From: Acanthaster planci
Lineage: Eukaryota
DNA length: 62,000 bases
Assembly: GCF_001949145.1 (NCBI RefSeq)
Contig: NW_019091405.1
Location: forward strand, 434,001 to 496,000
Direction: 5' to 3'
Shown: positions 13,001-26,000 of the stretch, one piece after another
Layout of the letters: the number at the start of each line of letters is the position of its first letter
Numbering within the stretch: the stretch's first letter is position 1
The notes under the pieces: generated by a model
Databases searched by the model: none
Seen by the model: the letters and a program-made list of their open reading frames with translations, nothing else
What the model was told of the DNA's origin: nothing
Made by a program: the position numbers and the translations under genes

Positions 13001-16000
13001 TTGCGATACCAGTCCAGTGACAATGTTCCAGAAGTATGCCACCTTGCAGAGGTTACTTTCTACACAGGGATAAATCAATTGGGCTGCTTTAATATCCTCA
13101 GCTGAGGGCACCAGTGAAGCGTTTTGGAAGAAGGAAGCGTACTGAGTGCATTTATATGCCAGCTTCTTGATCTGTTTGGCTTCGTTTATCCCACAAAGGA
13201 GGACAATGAGAATCTTTGTGTAGGAAAAGCTGGTTCCAAATGCTACTAGTGTAGCACCGGACTATTTCATCCAGTATTGTGTTTACAGCACAGTGTTGAA
13301 TATAACTGGAATCTGGCACTTTACCATAAAAATTGCGAGGGTCTCTGGGTTGACAATTGTTGAAAATGTTGGTGAAGGTTCAATCAGTCAGTCTTCTTCC
13401 GGTCGATTTTGCCTAGTTCCCTGGATGTATTTTTTGCATTAGTTACCAAGAAAAAAAAATCAATTATGGGTGGACAAATGGTCCCTGATTGATCTTGGCT
13501 GCTGCCTGTCCACGGCCAAGTCGATTTGTATTTTATGGCTAAGTTTTTCTTCTTTCTTGCCTCGTTACAAAAGATTGGTGTAAAGGGATGATACTGCCCT
13601 CAGCAGAAGCACAGAAAGACTCGCAACCTTCCATGTCGAAGCCTGAGCCTGCCAAGGTATTTTCCTTTTAAATTGCTCGAGTGCCACGTGTACACCCACA
13701 TACTAGGTCGTAACCTCTATCTGCTACTCTATTACGGCTTGTGGATTTCATTTTCCATGGTCTTGTTTCTGTACTTGGTTTTTGTCCTGACAAAACGTAG
13801 GCTGTGTCCAAAGCAGTCCTCCAGAGGTATGTCTACATAGAACAAGGGGAAAGGGAAATACCAGGGGAAGTTAAATGAGTTTCCATGACTGCTTCTTGTA
13901 ATTTGCTTTGACTAGTATTAATTCGATAACTGAGCAGGATTTTAATTGTCTTGTAGGCGTCTCCCGCAGCCGTCAAGCGACAGCATCAGCTCAACCAGGA
14001 AAACATGAAGAACACGCAGATCGGCGTCAAGATTGACACACGCAAGCTGACGCTGTCGGAGGAGTTCAAGTGCTCGGCAGAGGAGCTATATCAGACGCTG
14101 ACCGACCCACAGGTAAGGAGATGGTAGCCAGGGGAGATAGGGGTAGGTCTGGGAATCTGACTGGCCTGCATGTTGGGGTGTGGTAATGAGGAGGTTCACC
14201 CTTACGATACACAGAACAAGATGGTGGTTTGACAATGTCTCTTAGATCTCCTAAGGTAATTGTCCACCTCACAACTGTGGTAGACAGGTTGTCAATAGGC
14301 CGGGATTAGAGGGTGCCATTAGGCTTGTGGGACATATGGTTTGCTGTTGATGTCGGTTTGGGGTTCGGAATATCCAGTTCAAGGTGTACTTGTTTGGAAA
14401 TTAATGTGTTCACACTCTTTAAAAGATTTGATTGGTTTGCACAGATTTAACCACTTCATGCTGGGGCATTTTTTAATGTTGATGATGCTGGGCCGGCATG
14501 ACTATTATTTTTTACATTTTCAAAATCCTTCAAAAATTCATCATTTCATTTAATGGTCGTTTATAGCCGCACCAAGTAATCTTTGGGCACGACTCGAAGT
14601 TGACAGGTGNNNNNNNNNNNNNNNNNNNNNNNNNNNNNNNNNNNNNNNNNNNNNNNNNNNNNNNNNNNNNNNNNNNNNNNNNNNNNNNNNNNNNNNNNNN
14701 NNNNNNNNNNNNNNNNNNNNNNNNNNNNNNNNNNNNNNNNNNNNNNNNNNNNNNNNNNNNNNNNNNNNNNNNNNNNNNNNNNNNNNNNNNNNNNNNNNNN
14801 NNNNNNNNNNNNNNNNNNNNNNNNNNNNNNNNNNNNNNNNNNNNNNNNNNNNNNNNNNNNNNNNNNNNNNNNNNNNNNNNNNNNNNNNNNNNNNNNNNNN
14901 NNNNNNNNNNNNNNNNNNNNNNNNNNNNNNNNNNNNNNNNNNNNNNNNNNNNNNNNNNNNNNNNNNNNNNNNNNNNNNNNNNNNNNNNNNNNNNNNNNNN
15001 NNNNNNNNNNNNNNNNNNNNNNNNNNNNNNNNNNNNNNNNNNNNNNNNNNNNNNNNNNNNNNNNNNNNNNNNNNNNNNNNNNNNNNNNNNNNNNNNNNNN
15101 NNNNNNNNNNNNNNNNNNNNNNNNNNNNNNNNNNNNNNNNNNNNNNNNNNNNNNNNNNNNNNNNNNNNNNNNNNNNNNNNNNNNNNNNNNNNNNNNNNNN
15201 NNNNNNNNNNNNNNNNNNNNNNNNNNNNNNNNNNNNNNNNNNNNNNNNNNNNNNNNNNNNNNNNNNNNNNNNNNNNNNNNNNNNNNNNNNNNNNNNNNNN
15301 NNNNNNNNNNNNNNNNNNNNNNNNNNNNNNNNNNNNNNNNNNNNNNNNNNNNNNNNNNNNNNNNNNNNNNNNNNNNNNNNNNNNNNNNNNNNNNNNNNNN
15401 NNNNNNNNNNNNNNNNNNNNNNNNNNNNNNNNNNNNNNNNNNNNNNNNNNNNNNNNNNNNNNNNNNNNNNNNNNNNNNNNNNNNNNNNNNNNNNNNNNNN
15501 NNNNNNNNNNNNNNNNNNNNNNNNNNNNNNNNNNNNNNNNNNNNNNNNNNNNNNNNNNNNNNNNNNNNNNNNNNNNNNNNNNNNNNNNNNNNNNNNNNNN
15601 NNNNNNNNNNNNNNNNNNNNNNNNNNNNNNNNNNNNNNNNNNNNNNNNNNNNNNNAACAGTTTTTCCTGAAGAATTTTTTGGGAATAATGTTGAGCGTGA
15701 GATTATGGTTGGACATTGGACATTTTCCGGGCACTTTGTGTGTGGTCAAACAAAATCAAAGATGCTTGGACAAATTGTCTGACTAACTTATCAATAACAG
15801 CTCTTAAAATGTCAACACAATATATGAGATTATGGCGTCTGATTTATTGTTAGTTTTATGTTAGAATTACGTTAATTATGCCCAAGTTATTCATCAGGGC
15901 TGATCGCTCATCACCGGCCCATGTCACCTAGTGCAGGCCACGCGTGTATATATTTCACTTGCACAGACATGAAATCGCCCCACAATACCCATGCACCGCA

Positions 16001-19000
16001 CCCACGCAAAAGAATGCGTGATGGAAATGTAGCAACCAGTACCAGTCTGTACTGTACATGTATTGAATGTTCTGTACATAAACAGTCTTCATCAGCCGTA
16101 CACATCACGAATGCAAAAGGCCACAGGCCGGAAAGACATCGATGTTATGTTGCAAGAGGTTTTTTGCAAGTTAATTCACAGAACTCGGTCTCTTATTTAT
16201 GTCAGTATTTTCTGTGTTCATGAGTGTAATTTGAGGTTGTTCTGCTCATGGCACAAGGTTTAGCACCCGCTGGTCTAGATGCATCACGCACGCTTACCAC
16301 GCGATACACGGACACTGTTGGCCAGTTTGCCGTCGTGAATGTGTGAATTGTTCATAATTTTCTTGTGAATTGCCGTATTTAGAAATTTGTACATAGATTA
16401 AGACAGGTGTTCATCACTTTTTGAGATACTTTTGGAGGCTGTCGCCCCCACTGATGCCATTCAATCAGCACAAAATTGCCCTCAAACAAAAGAATGTTCC
16501 GACCTACCGACCCAATTTTTACACATCGTGTATTTTTTTGGCCTAATAAAAGACTGCATGTATGCAGTAGGCCTTAGTTAAATAACAATAATCGTGGATT
16601 CTGAGAAATCTTTGGCAAGTGTTGATCTAATTCAAGCATGCAAATTTATGACATGGCCTGCCCAATCACGCCCGAACAAGGACTGCTCAATGCCGCTGCG
16701 TGTGCAGTTCTAGTAGGACCAGGAAAAAAAAGTGAATTTCGACTCCTAATACTGCATATTACAACTCTACCTTTTATATAATATGGCACATCAGAAGCAG
16801 GTAATGGCAGAACAAAATTGATTGTGTTATGACATTTTGTCAGAGCACTTTTGTGGTCTAATTTGGCGCTCTGTAATGTACATGTAGTTGATTTTTTAGG
16901 AGTTGGACTCGGTGATATGTGGTTAAAAGNAGATTGTGCGGTGTTGTGTAACTGTCTTTTGTTCACGAACCTGGCTTAGTGCACTGCTGACCTCTTTTCA
17001 AGAGGGGCCAGATTAGCGTGCAGCGGTGCTGTGTGGCTCATCGCTGCAATGGTGGAGCGCTTTTGTCCCCGGTGGTAATCCGCTCACTCTCAATGCCCCA
17101 AACCCTGGTATACGGTCTCAAAACAAGGCTGAATCATCACCACTTTTGAGAGTGAAAAATGTCGGTAATGCCCAGTAGCCTGGTCTTTTGTTTGGAGTAC
17201 AGTCTTTTGTTACAGGGCCCTGTTTCCTTTGTCCGAGTTCGGAGACCCCGGCCACCCATATGAACCATACGTCTCCGATCCCGGAGTCCCCGGCAGGAAG
17301 TGGTTAATGTTACTTCCATTTTACCATCTTTTTCTCATGAATCTCCTTAGTTTTGCCTGTGGCTCCTTGTGCGTGGAACTGACCCTGTGCCATCTGTTTA
17401 TATTGTGTTTCCTATTAATGTACACAGAGGGTCTCGGCATTCACAAGAACTCAGGCTGTGATGGAGGCAGAAAACGGAGGCAAGTTTAGTCTGTTTGATG
17501 GCAACGTCAGTGGAGAGTTCGTATCACTGGTGAGTCATGTGTGGGAGACCTCTGCTTATGACCCTGTCCGCAACCTTCAAAACCCTTTGAATAGGTTTGG
17601 AGGATTTGGTAGGATTGAGGACAGATTGAGCCCTGGTTGAGTTGCAAAGGGCATGCTGTTGGTATCCGCCTTTTAGCACCCTCTAATTGGTTGAAAAGAT
17701 CCATGGGTGGTACGTAATGTTCATTTAGTTGGTAGCGATGCGACCACTACACATGAATTTCATAGTCAGTCGTGAACTGGGCAGTTCCCACCAGGAAGCC
17801 TCCGTTGCTAGGAAGATTGCGCCCTCTCTTGGTCTAGCTCAGGGCTCATCCCGCATCATGGAGGATTTTCTCTGCTTTGAGCAGGAAGAAGGGAGAGTGT
17901 GTTTTTAACTTTTTTTATCCTTTGGATGGGAATTCATTGCACACGTGCAAAGGGTTCATGCGCATTCAGCGTGGGATGTAGTGAGTATCCACGACTGATT
18001 TATGGTTGAGTCAAGATCTGGTATGGTCATTGCGTGTGCTCTGGAAAACTTGTCACCAACCTGTCTTTTCTTTGCCAGTGGGGGTGCACTTCAACTCACT
18101 GCAGATAGGAAGGCTCTTTGCAGAAAATGCCAAGGGGGGGAGGGGGGTCGGGATTAGATTCTTAGACGGTTTTTCCTGAAGAAGAATTTTGGGGGAATAA
18201 TGCAGAGCGTGAAATTACGGTCGGACATCGGACATTTTCCGAGCACTTACTGCGTTTGTCTGAACAAATTCAAAGATGCTCAGCCAAATTGTCCGACCGA
18301 CTTATCAGTCACAGCTCTTAAAATATTTTGAGAGGCATGCACAGCACAACTACATCATGTATTTTTTTGGCCTACTAAAAGACTGCATGTATGCTATAGG
18401 CCTTCGTTAAATAACAATAATCGTGGATTCTGAGAAATCTTTGGCAAGTGTTGACCTAATTCAAGCATGCAAATTTATGACATGGCTTGCCCGATTGCGC
18501 AAACTTAAAAAAAAAAAAAAAATCGCGGCCTGCGCCCGAACGAGGATTGCACAATGCAGCTGCTTGCACTGTTCTAGTAGGACCAGGGAAAAAGTGAATT
18601 TCAACCCCTGACACTGCACGTTACAACTCTACCTTTTATATAATCTGGCAGACCAAAAGCAGGTAATGGCAGAACAAAATTGATTGTGTTATGACATTTT
18701 TTCCGAGCACTTTTTTGGTCAAATTTCACACTCTGTAACCCTCCTTCTGTTTTAACCATAAAAAACAGTAAAAAATGCCTTCCACTTGATTTCCCCCAGT
18801 ACACAGACACATATGGGAAATTTGACTGATCTTGACTGATATGACAACTGTGTCAAGAATGTACCTTAGCATAGGAGGGGTAATGTAGTTGATTTTTTAG
18901 GAGTTGGACTCGGTGATATGTGGTTAAAAGTATGGAAAGGCAGGGTGAAAATTATCCTTGTCTTCCCCTCCCCCACAGAGTCAGTCAGTGTAGCCCACTG

Positions 19001-21050
19001 GTGACATGTCTCCTGCTCCTAAACAGCCTCTTATATTGTGATGATGTACAATTTTTGGTGATGTCATTTCAAGCAGAGATGTAATCAAAGCTGTTGATTG
19101 GACGATGGGTGTCAGCAGACCGTGCTCTGTCAGCTCTAACAAGGAGGTTTTTGGGTAATGAGCTGACGGATGTGCTCAGATGTGATTCCTTGTAGATGCT
19201 CGGCTGCAAGCTAAGGGACTGTACCACAGACGACCCTCCATATTGCATAAAAAAGAAATTTTGAACTTGAAAGCACTAGTACATGTACTTCATGAGATCT
19301 GATTGACGTGTAGTTGACAGGTGGTTGACAGACCTGACATATCTGTACATGTAGGTCTTTAGTTTATTGCACCGACATGCTTTAGTTTTGTCTTCATTTC
19401 TTGACAGGATCGTGCTACTTTCAAAATTGAACAGCGCTGGAGATTCAAGACATGGCCTGAAGGTAAGTATCTGACAAGTTTTCATTTGCTAGTTTGAGTA
19501 GTTAAAAGGCAGATAGTGGAAACCTGTAATAAGTCTCTAGTCTGTCAAGAGTTTCTAAAAATTTCTTTGTGCATATTTTGATTGCGGTTTCAAGAAATTT
19601 AATGTAGACATTTTGTGTTCCAAAAGAAAGTTTGAAAGCAGGGGCATTATATATTGTCGGGTGCTTGGAAGAAGGTTGTAAACGCTTACGCCCTTTTGCT
19701 GGGAAGCATGATCACTGCAAAACGAAATTTTTCTGGCAAAAGGACTTATCTATGCTACTGTTTTATTTTAATGAAATATAAAGATTTCTTTGCAAAAAGT
19801 TACAAAAAAATTTCCCAAGTCGTTTGATAAGTTGTACAAAGGTTGCTCTTTGCACAGCCTGTGTTGATTTTGTAGTAAATTTTATTTGTTTTTACTAAAT
19901 AAAGAGAGTGTGGTTCTTACGCCCTTTTACCAGGAACATTTTTTCTACTGTGATCATGCTTCCAGGCAAAAGGGCTTAAACGCGCTTATGACCTTTTGCT
20001 GGGCACATGACGAAATAATGCTGCACATCAAAAGTGCTGTTTCGTTTAAAGTAGTGAAAGGTATCTTGAAGCTTTTTTTTTCAAATGCGTGAAAAATGAT
20101 TTATTATGGAATGTCACTATAAGCACTTGTGTTTTTGTTATTTGTCCAATCGGGTAAAAGCTTTTGACGGAAACTTTGCAAAAAACCGGGTTGGCTTGCT
20201 GTTCATAGGAAGTATGTGACAAGTAAAATTGGTCTTTCCTCGGTGGAGGGTTGGGTTGTCGAAAGTACTCACTTACCTTGTAACTTTGTTCTGGTAACTG
20301 TTTTTATCCAGTTACAAATATTCAAAAGATGGTAATTCAGATTTTGAAGAGGAAGTAGCAATATGTTTTTGTATGCGGAAAGAAAGCCAAAGTAGGGCTG
20401 TGCCGAATATTCGATCGCTTATTGCATATTCAAATATTATTTTTCCGAATTTGAATATTTGAATGCAAAGTTCATAAAAAGGGAGAATTTTCTTTTGTTT
20501 TTAATGAGAAAAATTGCCTCAAGCAGATTCAAATGAAAAGTGACAGAAATCTTACGACGACTCAAAAAGTAAACTATTCATTAAAAATTATAAAAGGAAC
20601 AGAAATTTTCAACAGGGCATAATGATGAAGTATTATTTTTCTGTTAAGTCTTGCTAAATCATGACTGGAGATACTCCTACATACGAGAGGCTATTACAGT
20701 GTTAATAATGTACAATTGTGTGTGTTACTGCAACTGATTTATATGGTTTAATCCGGATATTTGAATATTCGATCGTATTGAAGGTTGAATATTCGAATAG
20801 TGAATTATTCGAATTGATTAATTGATTGAGCCCTACAAGTAGTGATAAAAGTGTTTGTCTTTGTTGTTTATTTACAGCCCACTTCTCCACAGTCACCATT
20901 GAGCTTGCCCAGAGAGCCGACTGCACCAAGCTCACCCTCACCCAGGTTGGCATCCCAGCTGCTGACTTTGACAGGACGAAAGAGGGTTGGAAGAGACACT
21001 ACTGGCATCCCATCATGGCGACGTTCAGCTACGGGGCACGACTCTTCTGA
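7089..21050 (+). CDS. AHSA1: Activator of Hsp90 ATPase homolog 1 (Aha1), 10 exons, 348 aa
   Basis: Exons 7089-7168, 10093-10172, 10878-10988, 11739-11824, 12315-12435, 13574-13656, 13957-14112, 17428-17529, 19408-19462, 20878-21050 (1047 nt, open frame, all GT-AG). Motifs: MAKWGQGDPRWIVEERSDATNVNNWHWTE, NRKAKLIFFYEW, IPNLSDEN, GGKFSLFDGNVSGEF, WRFKTWPE, C-terminal FSYGARLF*. Confidence 0.97.
7163..8559. repeat. Outer inverted repeat (7163-7318 vs 8446-8559) that includes the AHSA1 exon 1/intron 1 junction
   Basis: 7272-7318 vs 8446-8492 match at 46/47 as reverse complements; 7163-7180 vs 8542-8559 match at 17/18. Confidence 0.85.
7801..8444. mobile_element. Foldback/MITE-like palindromic element in AHSA1 intron 1
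   Basis: Arms of about 310 bp (tagctcttaccccgaa... / ...ttcggggtagggacta) are imperfect reverse complements, centred near 8140. The mirror-image ORFs in the track (7872+ and 8473-) reflect this. Confidence 0.8.
14451..17303. mobile_element. piggyBac-like non-autonomous element, interrupted by the assembly gap and an intervening contig
   Basis: TTAA|ccacttcatgctgggg ... ccccggcaggaagtgg|TTAA. Segments 14451-14609 and 16931-17303 are homologous to the two ends of the copy at 24955-25543. Confidence 0.7.
14610..15655. other. Assembly gap (1046 N); a further single N at 16930
   Basis: Run of N. AHSA1 exons 7 and 8 join in frame across it and the protein shows no obvious missing segment. Confidence 0.99.
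15656..18930 (+). repeat. Direct duplication: 15656-16929 resembles 18167-18930
   Basis: Three collinear blocks are shared (about 15656-15810/18167-18325, 16520-16878/18350-18738, 16883-16929/18883-18930). Confidence 0.8.
20393..20835. mobile_element. hAT-like MITE with GAATATTC subterminal repeats
   Basis: TAGGGC...GCCCTA termini and clustered gaatattc(g) motifs at both ends; no clean TSD seen. A degenerate relative lies at about 11135-11441. Confidence 0.55.
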
Positions 21051-23028
21051 TGACGAGCTACAGCCGAGCTCTTTGTGTTGCGGCTGACAGAGTTCAATGA
21101 CGAAAAATATTTATTTGTAAAGTCCTCACTTTCAGAGTTTGCAGTGCAAATTGTAGTAGTCTTGAGGTTTTGGGTTAAACTTAAGTGATTCCATCAGAGC
21201 ATTGTAAACTACCGAATAAGAAGATACATTTTTTAGCAGTCTGCTTGAGAAAAAGTCCAACAGTGTGTAGGAATTATTTTGGACTTTTACACTTGAATCT
21301 CAACATATCAGGTCCTTCATTGTTGGAATTTCTGTCGGGCCTTGAAGTCGAATCATACCTCTCAAGTAGTCATTTCCATACCACATGAATCCAGATTGAT
21401 TTTGCTTTCTACTCCTGAACTTGGAACTGGCTGAGTCTACTTAAGTTTGTTACTGCGTGTAGTTGTCTTAGGTTGTTACTCCATTGCCTTCCCAAAGCCA
21501 GCACAAAAGAATCAAGGAAATCAAGAGAAATTATAGCGAGACTGACCTTTAGTGGACAAATTTTTTCGTGAGAATCTCTTTGCCAGCTGTAAGAAGCAGT
21601 TCAAGTTAAGACAACATTTGTAAGCATCTGTGTATTTTAAAATGCCTGTTCATATTGATGTATGTGTGCATTATTAGTCAAATGGTCAGTATGGGGATTG
21701 AGAGTGAATGTTGAGCCATATATTGCAGAGTATAAACCCTTTCATAATTGTACATTATTAAAGTCAAGGACAGCTTTTAGGTTGAGTATTGATAACAGAA
21801 ATAATGTTTTTTAAATTGTGTTTTAAGCATTTCTGTCAGAGGTGTACCAACTGAAATTACATTGTCTGCAGTATTCTTAATGCGACAAAATAATTGCACC
21901 TTCTATCAAAACCTTGTGCTACATTTGCCTGTTCAAATTTCTTCAAGATAATTTGACTTCTGATTTCCGTTTTTAGTAAAATTGTAAAAAGAAAATCTAA
22001 ATAAATGACCACATCTTTCCAAAGCTCAGGTAATTTTTTCTGTATCATATGAAAAAAGTGATAAATTCTCAAGCCTGCACTTTAACTTAAACAACATTTG
22101 TACGCTGGTAAAAGTTATACATGCACCTCTCCTTCAGAGAGAGAATGGATGAATTATGCAAACAAAACCTCTGCCCACTGGAATCAATATAAATGGATTC
22201 AAGTTTAAGTGGCTCCTTCCAGGGAAAAAAATACCTGATAGTTTTGTAAACAGGAAAATTTTGGGGGAGGGGTGGGGACGTCGTTTGATTGGGCCACCAA
22301 ATATGTATCAAGGTTTTTTTTTAATGAACTGTAAAACACTTTAAAATAAATGTTTGAAAGATGTGAGGAACAAAAGTAAAGAAAATGAAAACCAAAGGAC
22401 AGTTTCGTGGTACTGTATTGTACAATTTGATAAAGTTTATTTTCTCTCAAAGGCTTATTGGGTGCACTTACTGACCCATGCGACAGACAGATGTATCAGC
22501 CATTGTGGAAAGCAAAGACCACTATTAAGTATGGAATAAGCAAGCCTTTGAAGCTTTGTCAAGGGCTAAAAGTATTAGAAGACTGCAGAGTCAGCATTCA
22601 GTGCTAGATCCGCATGATAAATGTTGTACACATGACACAAACAATGGTATTGCGTATTTTGGTGGCTATTGTGCCAGTAAGATGAAGAATTCACAGTTAC
22701 TTTATGCGAAAATAAGCCTTACCCTCTAGTTTTTTCCCCCAATCTTGGGGAAATTGAATGGTCCTATCAGACCATATGTGCTGGTGCTGTATAAAATTCA
22801 CTGGTTTCAATTTTCTTTGGAAGTACGACTAATCATAAAAAAACTGCAAGATTAGCAACTTCTAAGGAAGTGGAAGAATCTTGGGTCCATCTCTGTTTTG
22901 GCAGTCAAGTTGACTCCTCCCCTCATTCGACAAACTCTCCACAGCCGCTGGTCTCTCTCTCTCTCTGCTGCTGGAAACAAACAACGCGCTATAGCTCCAG
23001 AAAAAAAATCATCTATTCTACAAGAGCG

Positions 23029-26000
23029 TCAGCTTGCTTTCTCCACTGTCCCCTCTTCCTTCTCCTTGCTGCTGGCCTGGTCTGGCGGCGGCCTCCATCT
23101 GTCTCTCAGTCTCTTGTGCCTCTCGTACTCCTCGGTGACCAGACCAATCCTGAGCTTGGGCAGAGTATCCTCCAGCATGCAGGCCATTACCTTAGCATGT
23201 GGCACCTGGGAGAGGTCGTTCATGTTGAGTCTCTCCAGATTGCTGCCGAATCAGGTGGAATAAAAACAAGGCTGGTTCAAAAATTGGAAGTCTAAAGAAC
23301 AGACATGGGAGGTACATCGAGACAAATGATCTGAAATCTTGAACACCAGACTTTCCCAACCCCCCCCAACAAAAAATTGGCATTGTTTAACTGTTCAATG
23401 AAAGACTTCTGTTTTAAGACTTGGGGTAAGGACTTTTGTTTAGTCAACATCCTCCATTTCAAGAAGGGTCTTTAAAGAAGAAACTTGGCAAAACATTTAA
23501 TCTACACAAATTGATTTTCCAAAATTGAAAAGCAATATTCCAGGAAGAGGATTAGGTACGGGGTATAAATCTTTGTAAACACTGGCTGGCTGTTAATCAT
23601 TTTGAAAGACGCAATGCGAGTAAATTTTGAATTCACTCATTAAAATTCATGGAAAACAATGCCTGGGCACAGAAAAAACCTACACCTGTTAGAGAACAGG
23701 TTGTTCCTGATTTCAAATGTGTCAGTATTCTTGCTTATTTCATGCATGTTGTTTTGTTTTGTTTTTGAAGGAGGGGGTAGATTTGTTCAAGAATACATAA
23801 TGATAATGAGTCTCCAAGCCTTACAATCAAGCCAGTGAAACCTGGATTCACTACCATTAAAATAAGCATCTGGAAAATCTCCGCAACATTTACTGCATGA
23901 AACAATGAGGCATGCTTTCGGCAAATGAACTGTTTCCAACTACCTGAGGTGGTGCAGGCAGGCCAGACCACGCTCGGTGATCTGTGGACACTTGTTGATG
24001 TTGAGGTGTGTAAGTGAGTCCTTCAAGTGGACCAGGCGACTGAGGCAGCTGTCGTCAATGTACGGGCATCCCTCGAAACTCAGGAGCTTGAGCTGCTGTA
24101 GTTTTACTGTGAGAGCGAGGGATATAATAAAATAGGAAATGAAGAGGTTTTTATTCTTGTTATGAAGTATTTCTAGTCATGAAAGATGTTTAAAAAGTAC
24201 TCGGGGCACTGAAGACCACAAGTCTGACAATGCTTGTGTAGAAAGGAGACAAGGAGAAGCAGTTGCAGTTTTTAGAGGTGGGAGGAAAACCCCACGAGAA
24301 TGTTCCAGGTGGAACCCACAGAATCAGGTTAGGACTGGTGGAAACCCAATCCGTTTGTGGGCCAAACCTTGGCTGCAGAGGTGAAAGGTGAAGATAGAAC
24401 CACTACCCCAATCTTACTCCCCTTTTTGCTTGAAGGGACACAAAGAGAAAAGTAATGAGTTCTACAACACCCAAAAAATCCCAACCACGGAGATACAAAG
24501 AATGTGACAACTCCAACAAAACGCTCATGTCTGAGTACAGACACTCAGGTAAGTCTCAACACCACACTGGCCAAGGAGGCATCTAATGTACGCGTACGCG
24601 TACCATCTGAGCGTGAGCGTGGCACCGTCTGCAGGAGTGGCTCCTAATTTGGTTAGTGAAGTAGTCTATAGTCATCTGTGTCTCTATCTCAGAAATAATG
24701 AAGTCACCACATGAAACATCTAGAATTCTATTCACTTGCGGTCCCCACGTCTTGTTAAAAGGCCGGTGACAGGGCCTTCTCCGTTGCTGTTTCCCAACTA
24801 TGTAACAATCTATTTCATCACATCAGGAATGAAGACAATCTCTCATCATTAAAATGTGCCCCAAAGATATAACTTGTCTCCAGATCATAGCTGACCTGTC
24901 CCTCTTTTGTCTTCTTTTTCTTTTCTCTTTACAAGGGCCTTGAATCCCTATTAACCACTTGGTGCCGGGATAAGTTATCAATGTTGATGATGCTGGGCCA
25001 GGATAATTATCATTCTTTCTGTTTTCAAAATTCATAAAAAATTCATCATTTCATTTAACGGATGTTTATACCCACACGAAATAATCTTTAGGCACTACTC
25101 TAAGTTGACAGGTAACCTTCATTGATGCCCGAGTGTTTCAGCCAGGCCCGCAGCCTTGTAAAAAGAGCCCAGATTGTAAGGTGTTATATAACTTTCTTTC
25201 GTTCACAAACCTGGCTCAGTGCACTGCTGACCTCTTTTAAATAGGGTCCAGATTAGCATGCAGCGGTGCTGTGTGGCTCATCACTGCGGTGGTGGAGCGC
25301 TTTTGTCCCCGGTGGTAATCCGCTTGCTCTAAGCACCCCCACGTTGTGGTATACTGTTTCAAAACAAGGCTGGATTATCTCCACTTTTGAGTGTGAAAAA
25401 TGTCGGTAATGCCCAGCAGCCTGGTCTTTTGTTCGGAGTATGGTCTTTTATTACAGGGCCCTGTTCCGTTTGTCCAAGTTCGCAGACCCCGGCCATGAAC
25501 ATAAGGCCTATGGCTCCGCTACCGGAGCCCCCTGCGCAGGTGGTTAATTTGGCTCTACATAAATGCAAATAGTGTAATGTTTTGTTACCACTTACTTATC
25601 TGTGCCATGCCGTGATAGTCTATCAATGTGTCTTTGGCATCAATGGCATCGATGTTGTACTTCATGAGTTCCTTGACCGGTCGCTCCTCTCTAATCCCTT
25701 TCACCTCTGACGTGTACCACTTGCCATTGGTGAAACGTACTCTGGCTTTCAGGCTAATCAGCCACAGATAGGTGGCAATCTCTGAAGGGAATTTGCTGCT
25801 TTTAGTGGGCCTTTCAACTCTGAGGAGGTAGCGGTAACAAAAAAAATCGAGTCACTGGTTTTAAAATGCCATCAGGTAATATAAAATACTACTGGGTTTT
25901 CAACAAAGGAAAGGATGGCCTCCGTATAATTTGAGATGACAGGGGATTTGAAGCATGTTGGAGTAACAATAGTGGCTGAATGACAAAGAAACGCTTTTGC

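Noticed and set aside
14550..15782. The three longest ORFs in the track (356-399 aa)
   Set aside because: They are runs of X across the N gap.
21048..21090. TGA TGA followed by a small hairpin (cagccg...cggctg) as a readthrough or selenocysteine signal in AHSA1
   Set aside because: The protein ends at the family-typical YGARLF, the stop is doubled, and no convincing SECIS was found.
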